Positions 1-12,100 of a stretch of 64,000 nucleotides of DNA are shown in pieces. The notes under the pieces were generated by a model, which saw nothing but the letters and a program-made list of their open reading frames with translations, did not search any database and had not been told where the DNA came from. This DNA comes from Octopus vulgaris (taxonomy: Eukaryota): the NCBI GenBank assembly GCA_951406725.2, contig OX597824.1:46004001-46068000 (forward strand), read 5' to 3'. A program made the position numbers and the translations under genes. Each line of letters opens with the position of its first letter. Position 1 is the first letter of the stretch.

Positions 1-195
1 GTACAAATGCACATTCCCACGGCTTTATCGATCGCATTCTCACCTGGAATCGATTTTTGTAATTTTTTGAAGACTTATACACGCCCTGATACCGTTGGTA
101 TCTACATATCAAATTTGAGCACAATCGGATGGAGGATGCCTGAAATTCTAGAAGACACACAGACAGACAGACAGAACAGATTTTATATAATAAAT
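1..195 (-). mobile_element. 5' end of a non-autonomous Helitron-like element, cut by the window edge
   Basis: (ACAG)n followed by TTTTATATAATA, the same terminal architecture as the Helitron ends at 17864 and 17970. Confidence 0.45.
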
Positions 196-679
196 AATAG
201 TAATTACTCTTATCATCATTATTTTGTTATTGTTGTTAAAGTTTATTTAAAAATTTTTTGTTTATTTATCATTTACTGTTATTATTTCTGTCAAATGATA
301 TCATTCGAAATTAGCAGTATGTTATATTCACAGTTAATATAGCAGTAAATAATTTTCTGAGAGAATATCAGTAAAAGAAAAAGGAAACATGGCTCAACGC
401 CATTCTAGAAATGCCATCTATATTCAAACTTTCTTTTATTTTATCTGTTATTTTTTTCAAGCAGTAATCTGTGAACTGCTTGAATTTGCCCTTTATTGTA
501 ATTTTGAACAAAAATAACATATGATCTTTGCCAAGGCAAACAAAAGAAAACAAATGGATAAAAATATGTTTTAATATTTACGAAAAATTGTTGACATTGC
601 AGTTTGGTTTGATATAGATCTTACTTTAAAACTGTGAAGGTTTGTCAATGTGTACACTGCATTTATATCATCATCCTCA

Positions 680-1286
680 TCATTGTCAGAGTATGAGTAG
701 AAATGCCTGGATTCACCAGCAGTAAAGAAATTCAAGATTCAGCCTTTGACAGAAAATGTGATACTAACTATTTTGGGGGATGCAGAAGGGCCTTTACTAC
801 AAAAGGGGCCTACAGCCACCAGTGTTGACTACAATGAAATGCTGACCAACAAACTGATATTAGTAATCCATACTAAAATGCCAAGGACCATTATCAAAGC
901 AAACATTGTTGTACGATAATGCATGCTCACATACAGCTGTCCACACCATTGAAACCATTGAAAATTGGGTTTTGAGTTGCTGGAATACCCAGCATACAGT
1001 CCAGATCTTGCCCCTTTCAACTATAATGTCTTTGGGCCACTCAAACATTTTCTATAAGGTTGTTGATTTGATATGGACATAGAAGCATAGAGGTAGTGTA
1101 TAAGAGGCTGTGTTACCAGACAAAAAATTCCTTCTTTGATGGAATAAACAAGCTTGTGGACCACTGGAAGAAGTATACTGAAAAGTAAGGAGACTATTTC
1201 AAAACATGATGTAACTGTTCAACTCCTACTTTTGTTTTAATAAATTACAGAAACAAAAGGACATATAATTTTTTACTTACCCTCAC
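680..1286 (+). mobile_element. Degenerate mariner (DD34D) transposon, 3' half
   Basis: Broken frames give LYDNA…H and LGFELLEYPAYSPDLAPFNYNVFGPLK (YSPDLAP at about 995-1015); TIR-like end TTTTACTTACCCTC. Confidence 0.8.
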
Positions 1287-1593
1287 ACTCACATACACAC
1301 ACATGTACGCATGCATGCACACACACACACACACTCACACTGATGACCGTATAAGAATCTTATAAACTTTTGAGAGAATATGAAATAATTCTTTTTTGGA
1401 ACAGCAGGTCTCTAAGCACATAAAGCTATAAATATTGGGTTGAAAATCCCTTTTGGATAGAGAAAGCCAAAGGCTGCCAACAGTACAATGCTTGTCATGT
1501 CTAAAGGATATGTGGATTAATGTTCCACAGGTAGCCTTTGACTTTTTCCATCCACAAGTGTTTCTGAACCCAATATTTCATACTATCATATCT

Positions 1594-1598
1594 GTGTG

Positions 1599-1657
<59 letters not shown>

Positions 1658-1664
1658 TGTGTGT

Positions 1665-1707
<43 letters not shown>

Positions 1708-1736
1708 ATCATCATCATCATCATCATCACCATCAT
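1594..1736. repeat. (GT)n microsatellite running into (CAT)n
   Basis: Seen directly. Confidence 0.95.
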
Positions 1737-1822
1737 CGTTTAACGTCCGCTTTCCATGCTAGCATGGGTTGGACAATTTGACTGAGGACTGGCGAACCAG
1801 ATGGCTGCACCAGGCTCCAATC
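1707..1822 (-). mobile_element. 3' end of an RTE-type LINE/SINE with a (GAT)n tail
   Basis: (CAT)n-CGTTTAACGTCCGCTTTCCATGCTAGCATGGGTTGGAC, shared with copies at 7178, 54897 and 63026 and with the RT-bearing copy at 40885-41978. Confidence 0.75.
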
Positions 1823-1834
1823 TGGTGCAGCCAT

Positions 1835-2368
1835 AACAAGTATATTATTGACATTGACTTCAAAGTTTTGGCCAGTTAAGCCATTGTTGGACTGCAATGC
1901 ACTGAAGTTGATCTTGGCTTTATATAGTTTCTGTTGAGTTAAAAATCTTTCTTGGATATGTGGGTTTGAGTGGAGTGGTAATTAGATTTCAAGGTGAGTT
2001 GTTATGGAGAGGTGTTTTGGAGAAATTTTTATTGATTAAATACCTTTACATTGTCAAAGAGAAGGATTAAATCCAATAAAAACAAAAAATAAATAAAGTA
2101 AAACTACCAAAAGGAACACACCTAAATATTCACACCCCTTACAAAGTTCTACATAAATGAACAAATTCTAAACAATAACATAACCCCAAATTTAATCAAT
2201 AAAAATTTCTTCAAAACACCTTGTCATAACAACTCACTCTAAAACCTAATTATCACTTCACTTGAACCCTCATACACTAAGAAGATTTTAACTCAACACG
2301 GACTATATAAAGCCAAGATCAACTTGACTGGCTGAAACTTTGAAGTCACAGTCAACAATATTCTTGTT
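1835..2368. repeat. Inverted repeat pair (1835-2041 and 2190-2368), possible relic of inverted PLE terminal repeats
   Basis: The arms are diverged reverse complements (GCCAAGATCAACTT; TTTAATCAATAAAAATTTCT) and contain a GAAACTTTGAAGTC half-HHR-like motif. Confidence 0.7.
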
Positions 2369-2749
2369 TGTGAATAGTAAATTTTTACTCTACAAAAGTA
2401 TAGAGTAACCCATCAGATTAATGTAAAAGTGGTTTTACAATAACTGGACATAAAAAAACAAACAACACACATGCACATATGCATACATACTCAAGGTCAT
2501 TCAACTGCACAGCTATATACACATACAGTTGCACATACATATACATGCTTATATGCCTAAACATGTATATCTACATACATACTTGTAGGAGGATGAGGAG
2601 GATGGTTCATAAAACATAGTAGCATTCATGTCCAATGGGGAGGGTGACTTAATCTACTGCAACCTCCTCTCCAAAAATGTGTGGCCCTGTGCCAATGGTT
2701 AGATATCAATATCTAAGTGGTATGTTACACACTGTACGTGTATGTACAT

Positions 2750-3405
<656 letters not shown>

Positions 3406-3630
3406 ATGTTTATTACTTTTAAGGATTCAATAAAATCTAAGTACATTAATGTATTGGATGCCAGAAACGGCTAGGTATGGTAACATAGAGCTCACAGTGA
3501 GGTAAACAACTTCGAAGGCATCAGATGTCGGAAGGATAATATATATATGCAGGTACCAGATCCAATTTAAACCATAGTTCCAACTCTGGGGTTAGCCCTT
3601 GGTGTGGTGTAGGTTATAAAACACAAATGA

Positions 3631-3724
3631 TGTTTAAAATTTACGACAGCTGTTTTGGAAAAAAAATTTTGTAATGTATTCATGGATTACATCATAACAC
3701 CATCTTCAGGTAAAATTTTAAACA
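3631..3724 (-). ncRNA. Degenerate type I hammerhead ribozyme (G12A)
   Basis: TGTTTAAAATTTTAC-CTGAAGA-TGG…CC-AAAAC-AGCT-GTC-GTAAATTTTAAACA: stem I of about 14 bp, palindromic stem III ACAGCTGT, GAAA box reads AAAA. Confidence 0.7.
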
Positions 3725-3873
3725 GGTGAGATTTCATACATAAGCCCGGACAAGTCCAATGTTGTTGGATTAGTGGTGCTTTCCATATAATTAAGAAAAT
3801 TAGGTCTGGTTTAAAAAATAATATATATATACATATACATATATATATACGTATATATACATATGTGTATGTG

Positions 3874-3913
<40 letters not shown>

Positions 3914-3917
3914 TATG

Positions 3918-3955
<38 letters not shown>

Positions 3956-3960
<5 letters not shown>

Positions 3961-4363
3961 GAAATATTAAAATTACTAAGTCTCTATAAAAGAGATTACG
4001 GCAGCGTTTACTGGAAATTAATTGTTATCGCCATATTAATATGGCATTCTTATAGATATAAGAATAATCGCTGCCGCTGGTCAGCTCCATGAGCCCACTG
4101 CCATCAAGATAGCTATTGATACACGATCTGTATCCATTATAACCTTCGAACAAGGGAGGTCAGCCGCTTCACACTGCCAGTCCGACAGCTACAGACGCGT
4201 TTCGGGGTATTGCCCCTTGTCAATGTAGCGCAGTCAGACCTGCAGGTGTCGCCACTGACGTCTCTGTTCGAAGGTTTCTATTTACCTAGTTTCAGTGGAA
4301 TACATCCACTTGTTTTCAATAATAGAAATATTAAAATTACTAAGTCTCTATAAAAGAGATTAC
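3956..4363 (-). mobile_element. Retrozyme-like / PLE-derived 364-bp unit with about 44-bp terminal direct repeats
   Basis: TAATAGAAATATTAAAATTACTAAGTCTCTATAAAAGAGATTAC at 3956-3999 and 4320-4363; internal HHR; sits in (TA)n. Confidence 0.75.
4188..4229 (-). ncRNA. Minimal type I hammerhead ribozyme with a U3-A8 core variant
   Basis: GCTACA-TTGACAA-GGGG caata CCCC-GAAAC-GC-GTC-TGTAGC: perfect 6-bp stem I, 4-bp GC stem II, palindromic stem III ACGCGT, GUC triplet. Confidence 0.8.
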
Positions 4364-4379
4364 ATACATATATATACAT

Positions 4380-5050
4380 ATGGAAAAAAAGGTCAAGATA
4401 GAAAATGCTAAAATGATTTTATAAAAAACATTTAAGCACCAGTTTCAGTCATTAAGACTTTTTCAAGAATTTTAAACAGGTGAGATTTCATACATAATGA
4501 TGGAAAACAATTAAATTTTGGAAAAATTAAAAGAAAAGTTTTTTAAAAGAATATTTGCATAGTGTTCAAATACAAGTGGCATTTTCCTTGTTTGAGCCTG
4601 TTTCTCTCTCTCATTTACTCTTGTGGGTTTGAGGTCGTTGTGAATTCTTGGTAGAGAAGAAGAAGAAGAAGAAGAAGAAGAAGAAGAAGAAGAAGAAGAA
4701 GAAGAAGAAGAAGAAGAAGAAGAAGAAGAAGAAAAAGGAGAGGAGGAGGAGGAGAATGTGGAAGTGCTATGACAGTATTATGTTGATTGGTCAACTGCCC
4801 TGAAAGTGACCCGCAGTGGATGGTAGTAGTTATTGAATTCCTGAAATATCTCTTTTGAATGTTTTGTTTATAAAATTTGTGTAGGTGTTATTCTAAACAG
4901 CAATAGTGGTAAAGTTAGGAAGGAGGTGGTGGAGAGGAAGAAGACAAAGAAGAAGAAGAAAGAGAAGGGAGAATAAGAAGGAATGTTAGTGCGTATATCA
5001 GGTTCTCTGAAGCACATGTGAAGTTGCTTTTCATGTGAAACGTTGTCTCA
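4380..5050 (-). mobile_element. Penelope-like element relic (GIY-YIG-adjacent fragment plus 3' HHR-like motif)
   Basis: About 5049-4985 reads ETTFHMKSNFTCASENLIYALT, resembling FTCxSxNxIY of Neptune-type PLE endonucleases; TTGAAAA-AGTC ttaat GACT-GAAAC-TG-GTG at 4466-4436. Confidence 0.55.
4656..4755. repeat. (GAA)n followed by (GGA)n purine tract
   Basis: Seen directly. Confidence 0.95.
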
Positions 5051-5321
5051 ATCGGGCACCATTAATTCTCCCATGTAAATTCCAGATCAAAGCCATTACA
5101 GATGAACCTGAAACAAAGACACCTCAGGGAAAAAATGGCACTGGAAAAAATGAAAATGGAAATGTGTGTGCGTGTGTGTGTGTGTGTGTGTATGTATATG
5201 TGTGTATATATATATATATATACATGTAATTTCAAGAAAATAGAAAATTGAGAAATATTGATGAACAAGAATTGACTGACATCAATTATTATTTATCAAT
5301 TCAATACAAATAGACTGCATC

Positions 5322-5425
5322 CCATCTAACAGCTGTTTCTGCTTCCCATGTTTTATGGTATTGCCATTGATATACTAAAAATATTTATCATAACTGATCT
5401 GAAACACAGAGCTTTATCAGAGTGA
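5322..5425 (-). ncRNA. Degenerate hammerhead (G8A) with long stem II
   Basis: CTGATAA-AGCTCTGTGTTT…AAACATGGGAAGCA-GAAAC-AGCT-GTT; stem I is weak. Confidence 0.5.
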
Positions 5426-5682
5426 AGAATAAATAAAAAAGAAGAGCCTAGAGAACAAAAAGCAAATATTTTTATAATGTAAATAAATCTTTAATATGTC
5501 AATTGTATTTCTCTATTTACTTTGATATTCATATATTGAAATTATATCATTTTAAGTTCAGATTTTTCACTACTATATTGTGGTATCTAACTGAAGAATC
5601 AGTGAAAATTGGATGTTTTATATCCCTTTGAAGGAAATGATTTTTTTCCTTATATTGAATATATATATATATTCGTTTCTTG

Positions 5683-6406
5683 TTGAGTTCTACGTCTATT
5701 TGTGGTGTCCTGTACACACGTATATATATTTATATATGCATGTATATATACATGTAGTTGTAGGTACGTACATATATATTTGTATGTATGCATATATTTT
5801 ATTTATTACACTATTGTATGACTGAGCGCTCTCGCGTCGATTCGTTTTGTTTCGTTTCGTTTCTTCTTCTTCTCCAAGCTGGTTTTTATATATAATTATG
5901 ACGCGAAACTCTATAACTCCTTCTTCTCTCTTTCTTTCACCCTCTTTGGCTTCCTTCCTCTCTATCTCTCTCTCTCTCACTCCTCCTCATCTCTCTCACA
6001 GCCGGGTCGACGAACTTTCTTTCGCAGGAAGGACTAGTTCGACGAGACGTGTTCTGTCCTCACCTTTGAAACACACTGGAGTTGAACTAGGGACAGCTGA
6101 TGAAGGGGATTTTTCCTTGTGTAGTTGTCTTGTACTCTGTTTTTTCGTTGTTAAAAAAATGGTCCGTTCCATGCTGTTTTTACCTTTTCATTTCTCATTG
6201 AGTTCTACGTCTATTTGTGGTGTCCTGTACACACGTATATATATTTATATATGCATGTATATATACATGTAGATGTAGGTACGTACATATATGTTTGTAT
6301 GTATGCATATATTTTATTTATTACACTATTGTATGACTGAGTGCCCTCGCGTCGATTCGATTCGATTTGTTTCGTTTCGTTTCTTCTTCTTCTCTAAGCT
6401 GGTTTT

Positions 6407-6412
<6 letters not shown>
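5683..6412. repeat. Interspersed element with about 210-bp direct repeats (5683-5893 and 6198-6412, period about 515 bp)
   Basis: TTGAGTTCTACGTCTATTTGTGGTGTCCTGTACACACG…AAGCTGGTTTTTATATATA occurs twice, a layout like PLE pseudo-LTRs. Confidence 0.8.
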
Positions 6413-6470
<58 letters not shown>

Positions 6471-6472
6471 TA

Positions 6473-7146
6473 CAGGGTGCAATGGATAAATTGTTGCCAT
6501 TTTATATTTTTAATTTTGTGCATGGGCAATGTTTGTTTTTGGTCTTGTTGACTACACAGTATAGTAGGATTAGTTGGGCACCCTCTGTGAATAAAACAGC
6601 ACTATGACGCAATTCATGTTATGCCTCCATTCATCTTCTCATACTGTCTCAAACTCAACATGGAGGCCTACAACAAGTACCTAGAGGAGGTAGTGCTGCC
6701 TTGGGTCAAAAGAGTGGCTGCTGAAAGACTCTATGTCTGGCAACAGGACTCTGCACCATGCCACACAAGCAGGAGAACCCAGTCATGGCTGTCAGACAAT
6801 TTCTGTGACATCACCCCTAACATCTGGACACCTAACTCTCTAAACTGCAACCCCCATGATTATTATGTGTGGGGTGCAGTTGAGTGAGAGATCAAAACTC
6901 CTTGTAGCACCAAAGATGAACTGAAGGCAAGGATTACAGCATTCACCAACTTAAACAAGGAAACTGTCCAGAAGAGCTGCAGGAGATTCCGAAGTGGTCT
7001 AGAAGCCATGGTTAAAGCCAATGGCGATTTTATCGAATAAATTTACTCCCTAGTATTTCAAAATATTTTTATGTAATTTTGGTAAATATATCTGTTAAAA
7101 TGAGATTTCAGTGTTATTTTGACAACAGTTTATTCACCCCACCATG
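6473..7146 (+). mobile_element. Internally deleted Tc1/mariner element, maT (DD37D)-like
   Basis: TA-CAGGGTG… left TIR and a degenerate right TIR; ORF 6621-6887 has WQQDSAPCH…WTPNSLNCNPHDYYVWG, similar to WPPxSPDLNPLDY. Confidence 0.8.
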
Positions 7147-7177
7147 TGTATATATATATGTATTGCATATATAAATA

Positions 7178-7712
7178 TCATCATCATCATCATCATCATC
7201 GTTTAACGTCCGCTTTCCATGCTAGCATGGGTTGGACGGTTCAACTGGGGTCTGGCAAGCCCGAAGGCTGCACCAGGCCAGTCAGATCTGGCAGTGTTTC
7301 TACAGCTGGATGCCCTTCCTAACGCCAACCACTCCGAGAGTGTAGTGGGTGATTTTATGTGCCACCGACACAGGTGCCAGACGAGGCTGGCAGACGGCCA
7401 CGCTCGGATGGTGTTTTTTTTTTATGTGCCACCGACACAGGTGCCAGATAAGGCTGGCAGACGGCCACGCTCGGATGGTGTTTTCTTATGTGTCACCGAC
7501 ACAGGTGCCAGACGAGGCTGGCGAACGGCCACGCTCGGATGGTGTTTGTTACGTGCCCTCAGCACGGAGGCCAGTCGATGCGGTACTGGCTACGGTCACG
7601 TTCGGATGGTTTTCTTATGTGCCACCGGCACTGGTACCACAAGGATACAAATTCCATTGATGTTCATCTATTTTGGTTTGATTTGATTTGATTTGATTTG
7701 ATTTGATTTGAT
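7178..7712 (-). mobile_element. RTE-tail element with internal tandem subrepeats of about 60 bp, ending in (ATTTG)n
   Basis: (CAT)n tail; 4-5 copies of ATGTGCCACCGACACAGGTGCCAGACGAGGCTGGC…CACGCTCGGATGG at about 7355-7635. Confidence 0.75.
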
Positions 7713-7789
7713 TTATATATATATATATGCATGTGTGTGTGAGAGAGTGTGTAAGTGTGTGTGTGTGTGTATGTATATATATATATACA

Positions 7790-8806
7790 CCAGCTGGGCA
7801 CCATGCCATAAAAAATTACGGCAAATTGTAGTATTTTATATGTAAATAAGGTACAAAACCAAGATTTTGATTTAATAATTCTTTTATTACTAAATTTTTT
7901 TTGAAAAATCTATCCGCAACTAACATCCTTTGATTGCTTGTTTCCTTCAAAAGAATTTTCAAGTTTTCCTTCCTTCTTTCTGATTTAAGGCCACATAAAG
8001 CTGGCCGTGACAAAATACTGGAGCTGGCAAGTAAATACCAAATACGCAGAGTTGAAACACTGATTTTTCTCTTCAGCATTGAATGTTCACCATCCCACTT
8101 CCATTGTGCACACACACACAAACATTCACAGACTCCCCCTTTTACATACACACACAAACTCACGCTGTTTGATTTATCTTTTCCACTGTACAGTTTCCAT
8201 CATTCCACTATGAAGTTTGCCATCACTCCTTCCTTCTTTATTCATCTATCACTCCTTCCTTTCTCATTCATATGTTGTGACAGAGAAAAGCACAAGAGTA
8301 TTACTATAGTAGATAAGGTACAAAACCAAATTTTTAGTTTAATAATTCTTTTATTACCAAACTTGTGAAAAATCTATTGGCAACTAACATCCTTTGGTCG
8401 CTTGTTTCCTTCAAAAGAATTTTAAAGTTTTCCTTCCTTGTTGTCCTACTTAAGGCCACATAAAGCTGGTTGTGACTAAATACAAGACGTGGTAAATAAA
8501 TACCAAATACATAGAGTTGAAATGCTGTTTGATTTTTCTTTTCAGCGTTGAATGTTAACCATCCCGCTTCCATTGATTGCGCACACGTACACATGCAACA
8601 TACACACGCATTCACGTATCCACCCACCCCTTTTACATACACTCACATATATTCACACAGAGTTGAAACGCTGTTTGATTTATTTTTTCAGCATACAATT
8701 TTCATCATCCCACTACCAAGTATGACATCACTCCTTCCTTCCTTCCTTATTCATCTATCACCCCTTCCTTTCTCATTCATAAACACAAGAGTATTATTAT
8801 AGTAGA
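7790..8806 (-). mobile_element. Non-autonomous Helitron, two tandem units carrying a Pif1 helicase C-terminal remnant
   Basis: 5' A|TCTACTATA ends at 8806 and 8313; 3' hairpin TGCCGTAA tttt TTATGGCA followed by CTGG|T at 7790; ORF 8334-8642 has GIYLPRLVFSHNQLYVALSR, similar to the helicase motif PVFSHGQLYVALSR. Confidence 0.8.
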
Positions 8807-8970
8807 TTATCTCGGTAACCATGGGAGCTATGCAAAAATACAAAGCTCAGCAACACCACCGGATCATTCTACACATCTGTGTAATTTTTGCATGCAATTC
8901 CACCCAGTTGTTTGAGCGTGAACCCCAAGACAAGAAAATATACAAGAATTGCCCATGTCATATTTATACG

Positions 8971-9043
<73 letters not shown>

Positions 9044-9052
9044 TGCATGTGT

Positions 9053-9430
9053 AGGCACAATGATCCAGTGGTTAGGGCAGTGAACTCACGGTCATAGGAT
9101 CCTGGTTTCAATTCCCAGACTGGGTGTTGTGAGTGTTTATTGAGCAAAAACACCTAAAGCTCTACAAGGCTCTGGCGGGGCTGGGGTGAACCCTGCTGTA
9201 CTCCTTCACCACAACAGTCTCTCACTCTTCCTTCCTGTTTCTGTTGTACCTGTATTTCAAAGGGCCAGCCTTGCCACCACACTCTGTGTCATGCTGAATC
9301 TCCCTGAAAGCTACATTAAGGGTACACGGATCTGTGGAGTGCTCAGGCACTTGCACGTTAATTTCACGAGCAGGGTGTTTCGTTGATCAGATCAACTGGA
9401 ACCCTCGTCGTCGTAACCAACAGAGTGCCA
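9053..9430 (+). mobile_element. tRNA-derived SINE
   Basis: Degenerate A box (TGATCCAGTGG) and B box (GGTTTCAATTCC) followed by a body of about 300 bp. Confidence 0.65.
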
Positions 9431-9497
9431 AAAATATATTGCATATATATGTATGTGTGTGTGCATGTGTGTGTCTGTGCATGTGTGTGTGTCTGTG

Positions 9498-9542
<45 letters not shown>

Positions 9543-10271
9543 CATTCATATATACATACAGTGATTCAAAGAACGTTATGTAAATGAAGGGATACATGTT
9601 GATATATAAAACTACAATGGAACCAAGTGAAAGTGGTGCACAACACAACCTACAAGCTGATAACCCCATCTTTCAATTTATTGTAATAAGCATTGCTTTT
9701 GAATGAAACATGTTAGCATTCCTCTTTTATGCTGCCTCAAAGAATTCTACCTGAGATAGTGCTATGCTAACTATTTTGTTGATCCTTAGTCATTCACTTG
9801 TTACTGTGTAGAATACATCAACTCTGATCAAAACAGTATGAGGGGAGTTTGCCAAACATTTTATGTGATATCCACAGATCCATTGCTCCAGATATACTAT
9901 ACATACATCTACACTTCCTTTTCTGACATGTAGAGGGTAATTATATGTGGTATGATACAGCCATAACTATTCTGTTTATTATTCAAGCAATGTATCCTAA
10001 ACTACCTCTTCCAATGTGTTCTACATTTTGTTAAAGACAGTATGGCATGATTTGAGACAGTTTTGGTTGCTGTTTCTAGCAGATTGTGTTCCCATGTACA
10101 GGCTTCTTTGTTGGTTTAACTGATTATTTGACACTTTAGTGATGGTCATATCAGAAGTGAGTTAGGTGAACTTAGTCTGAAGGCAACAGCTGCTACTCCT
10201 CCCTGCTTATTGGTTAAGTAATTTATAGTTACAGAATGACATCAGGTGAAGCAAAGGGTGAAGCAGCAGTG

Positions 10272-10299
10272 ATGGTAGAGGTGGTGGTGGTGGTGGTGA

Positions 10300-10330
<31 letters not shown>

Positions 10331-10400
10331 GGTGATGTTGGTAGTGGTGGTGGTGGTGGTGGTGGTGGTGGTGGTGGTGGTAGTAGTAGTGGAAGTGGAG
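10272..10400. repeat. (GGT)n/(GTT)n trinucleotide tract
   Basis: Seen directly; explains the poly-P, poly-T and poly-V ORFs. Confidence 0.95.
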
Positions 10401-12100
10401 GCATTAGTTATTGAAATGTTGGGTGCATTCTTGCAAATGATAAGCCATATCAACAAAGAAGATATTGCTGATATTATTATCAAAGAAATACATAAGCTTT
10501 TACCTCTTCCTTTTTTTTTCCAATCTCTTCAGATTTGTTGCCTCTATAATTGTCAATCATATTAATTACCTACAAGTTATTTATAGGAGCTTTACCTAGT
10601 GTCATTAGGGATGGCTAACCTAGCATAATTTTCATAAAAAGAATTTGAATGACCAGAGAAATAAATAATTGTGAGTGAACTGATTGCAGGAACAACATGA
10701 ACAATATTAAGGTGAAAGACAATGTGATTTGATTGCTGTCTTAACAGTTCAAACAAAAACCCATTATTACTATTTGCAAGGGGTACAAAAGAAAAGAAAA
10801 AAAATCATCATCTTTTAGTATCCATTTTTCCATGCTTGTATGGGTCAGGTGGAATTGTTGAGGTAGATTTCCTACAGTAGGGTGCCCTTTCTGTTGTCTG
10901 TGCTCAGCTGTCTCCAAGAGACAAACTTTCTAACCACACACCTATGCCTGAGCTTACAACCAAGGTCATTTGCCATACTGATCTGTAACAAAAATATCTC
11001 GATGAACTTGTCCTTGTAAATTCTCAAATGTCCACGGATAGTGAGTTTTCTTGGTAAGGCAGCCACTATAAAGTTTAACCTCAATTGAAAATCGTCCAAA
11101 ATGAAATATTTTCAAAGAATCTTGTACTTGCTTATGATATTATCTCAAGCTGGGTCAGTGAACAATATGGTATGGTTTTAATGTTAGTCTTTCAGTATTC
11201 CAATACAAAATTATTAGATTTTGAAATTATCCTGCAAGATACATTAAGATGTAATATTTGAACTATATTGATTAAATGTTTAGGCTGTATTTCATAGAAG
11301 ATGAATTCTTGTCTTTTTTGATATTGTGCAAGATATATTCAATATATTCAGAGAAGATAAGAAATTATTTGAAAGTACTAGATATTTAACCTATATAGTT
11401 AAAGGGCAGAGGAAAGATTACACTATTGCTGATATCTTCCCATTTTCTCCACAAATAATAATAAAGGTCTCTACTTTTGCAGCTAGTGTGATTTAATTTA
11501 GACATCTATTATAATAAATGGTATATAAATTATTATATCTTGCACTTTTTGCCAGAAAATTTTCCACTAAATAACTATATTGTCTGATTATTCCAAATTT
11601 GGCAACTTGCTTACAACCTTTTAGACATCTAACAAGATAATAAATCTATATGTAGTGCAGGACTGAAACACATTTAAAAAATTAAAATCAAATATTCAAA
11701 CAGACAGGACACTGGTATATTTCTGAAAAGAACCTGAAAGAATAATAATTTGCTATTAAAACAGTTATCTTTGGGGCTCTTTTTCAACTTGAACAATGAA
11801 ATAAAATGGAAGTAATTGTATATATCTTAACTTGCAGGTATTTATAGTTGAATGAAAGAGAAGTCTTTGCTATGTGAGTCAAGGAAATGTTTAGTACGTA
11901 TATTTTTGCTAATAATTTTTTCCTTCTTTTTTTCTTGATATTCCACTTTTTCAGCTGTAAACTGTAATAAAAAAGCCATCTCTAAGAATTCTGATGTATA
12001 TTGCATGTTGTCTATCATACAGTTTCAGGAATTAATATCTTTTTAGTAATGTAAACTTTGCTTGCCTAACCTTTTCCAATCTCATCCTTTATACTATTTA

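Noticed and set aside
6060-6110. GAAAC before CTGATGA as a type II hammerhead
   Set aside because: Stems I and III cannot be formed.
7355-7635. Regular 60-bp repeats resembling a CRISPR array
   Set aside because: Whole units repeat with no unique spacers; they are internal subrepeats of a retroposon in eukaryotic DNA, and no cas genes are present.
10207-10565. Poly-Pro, poly-Thr and poly-Val ORFs
   Set aside because: (GGT)n repeat with no splice or homology support.
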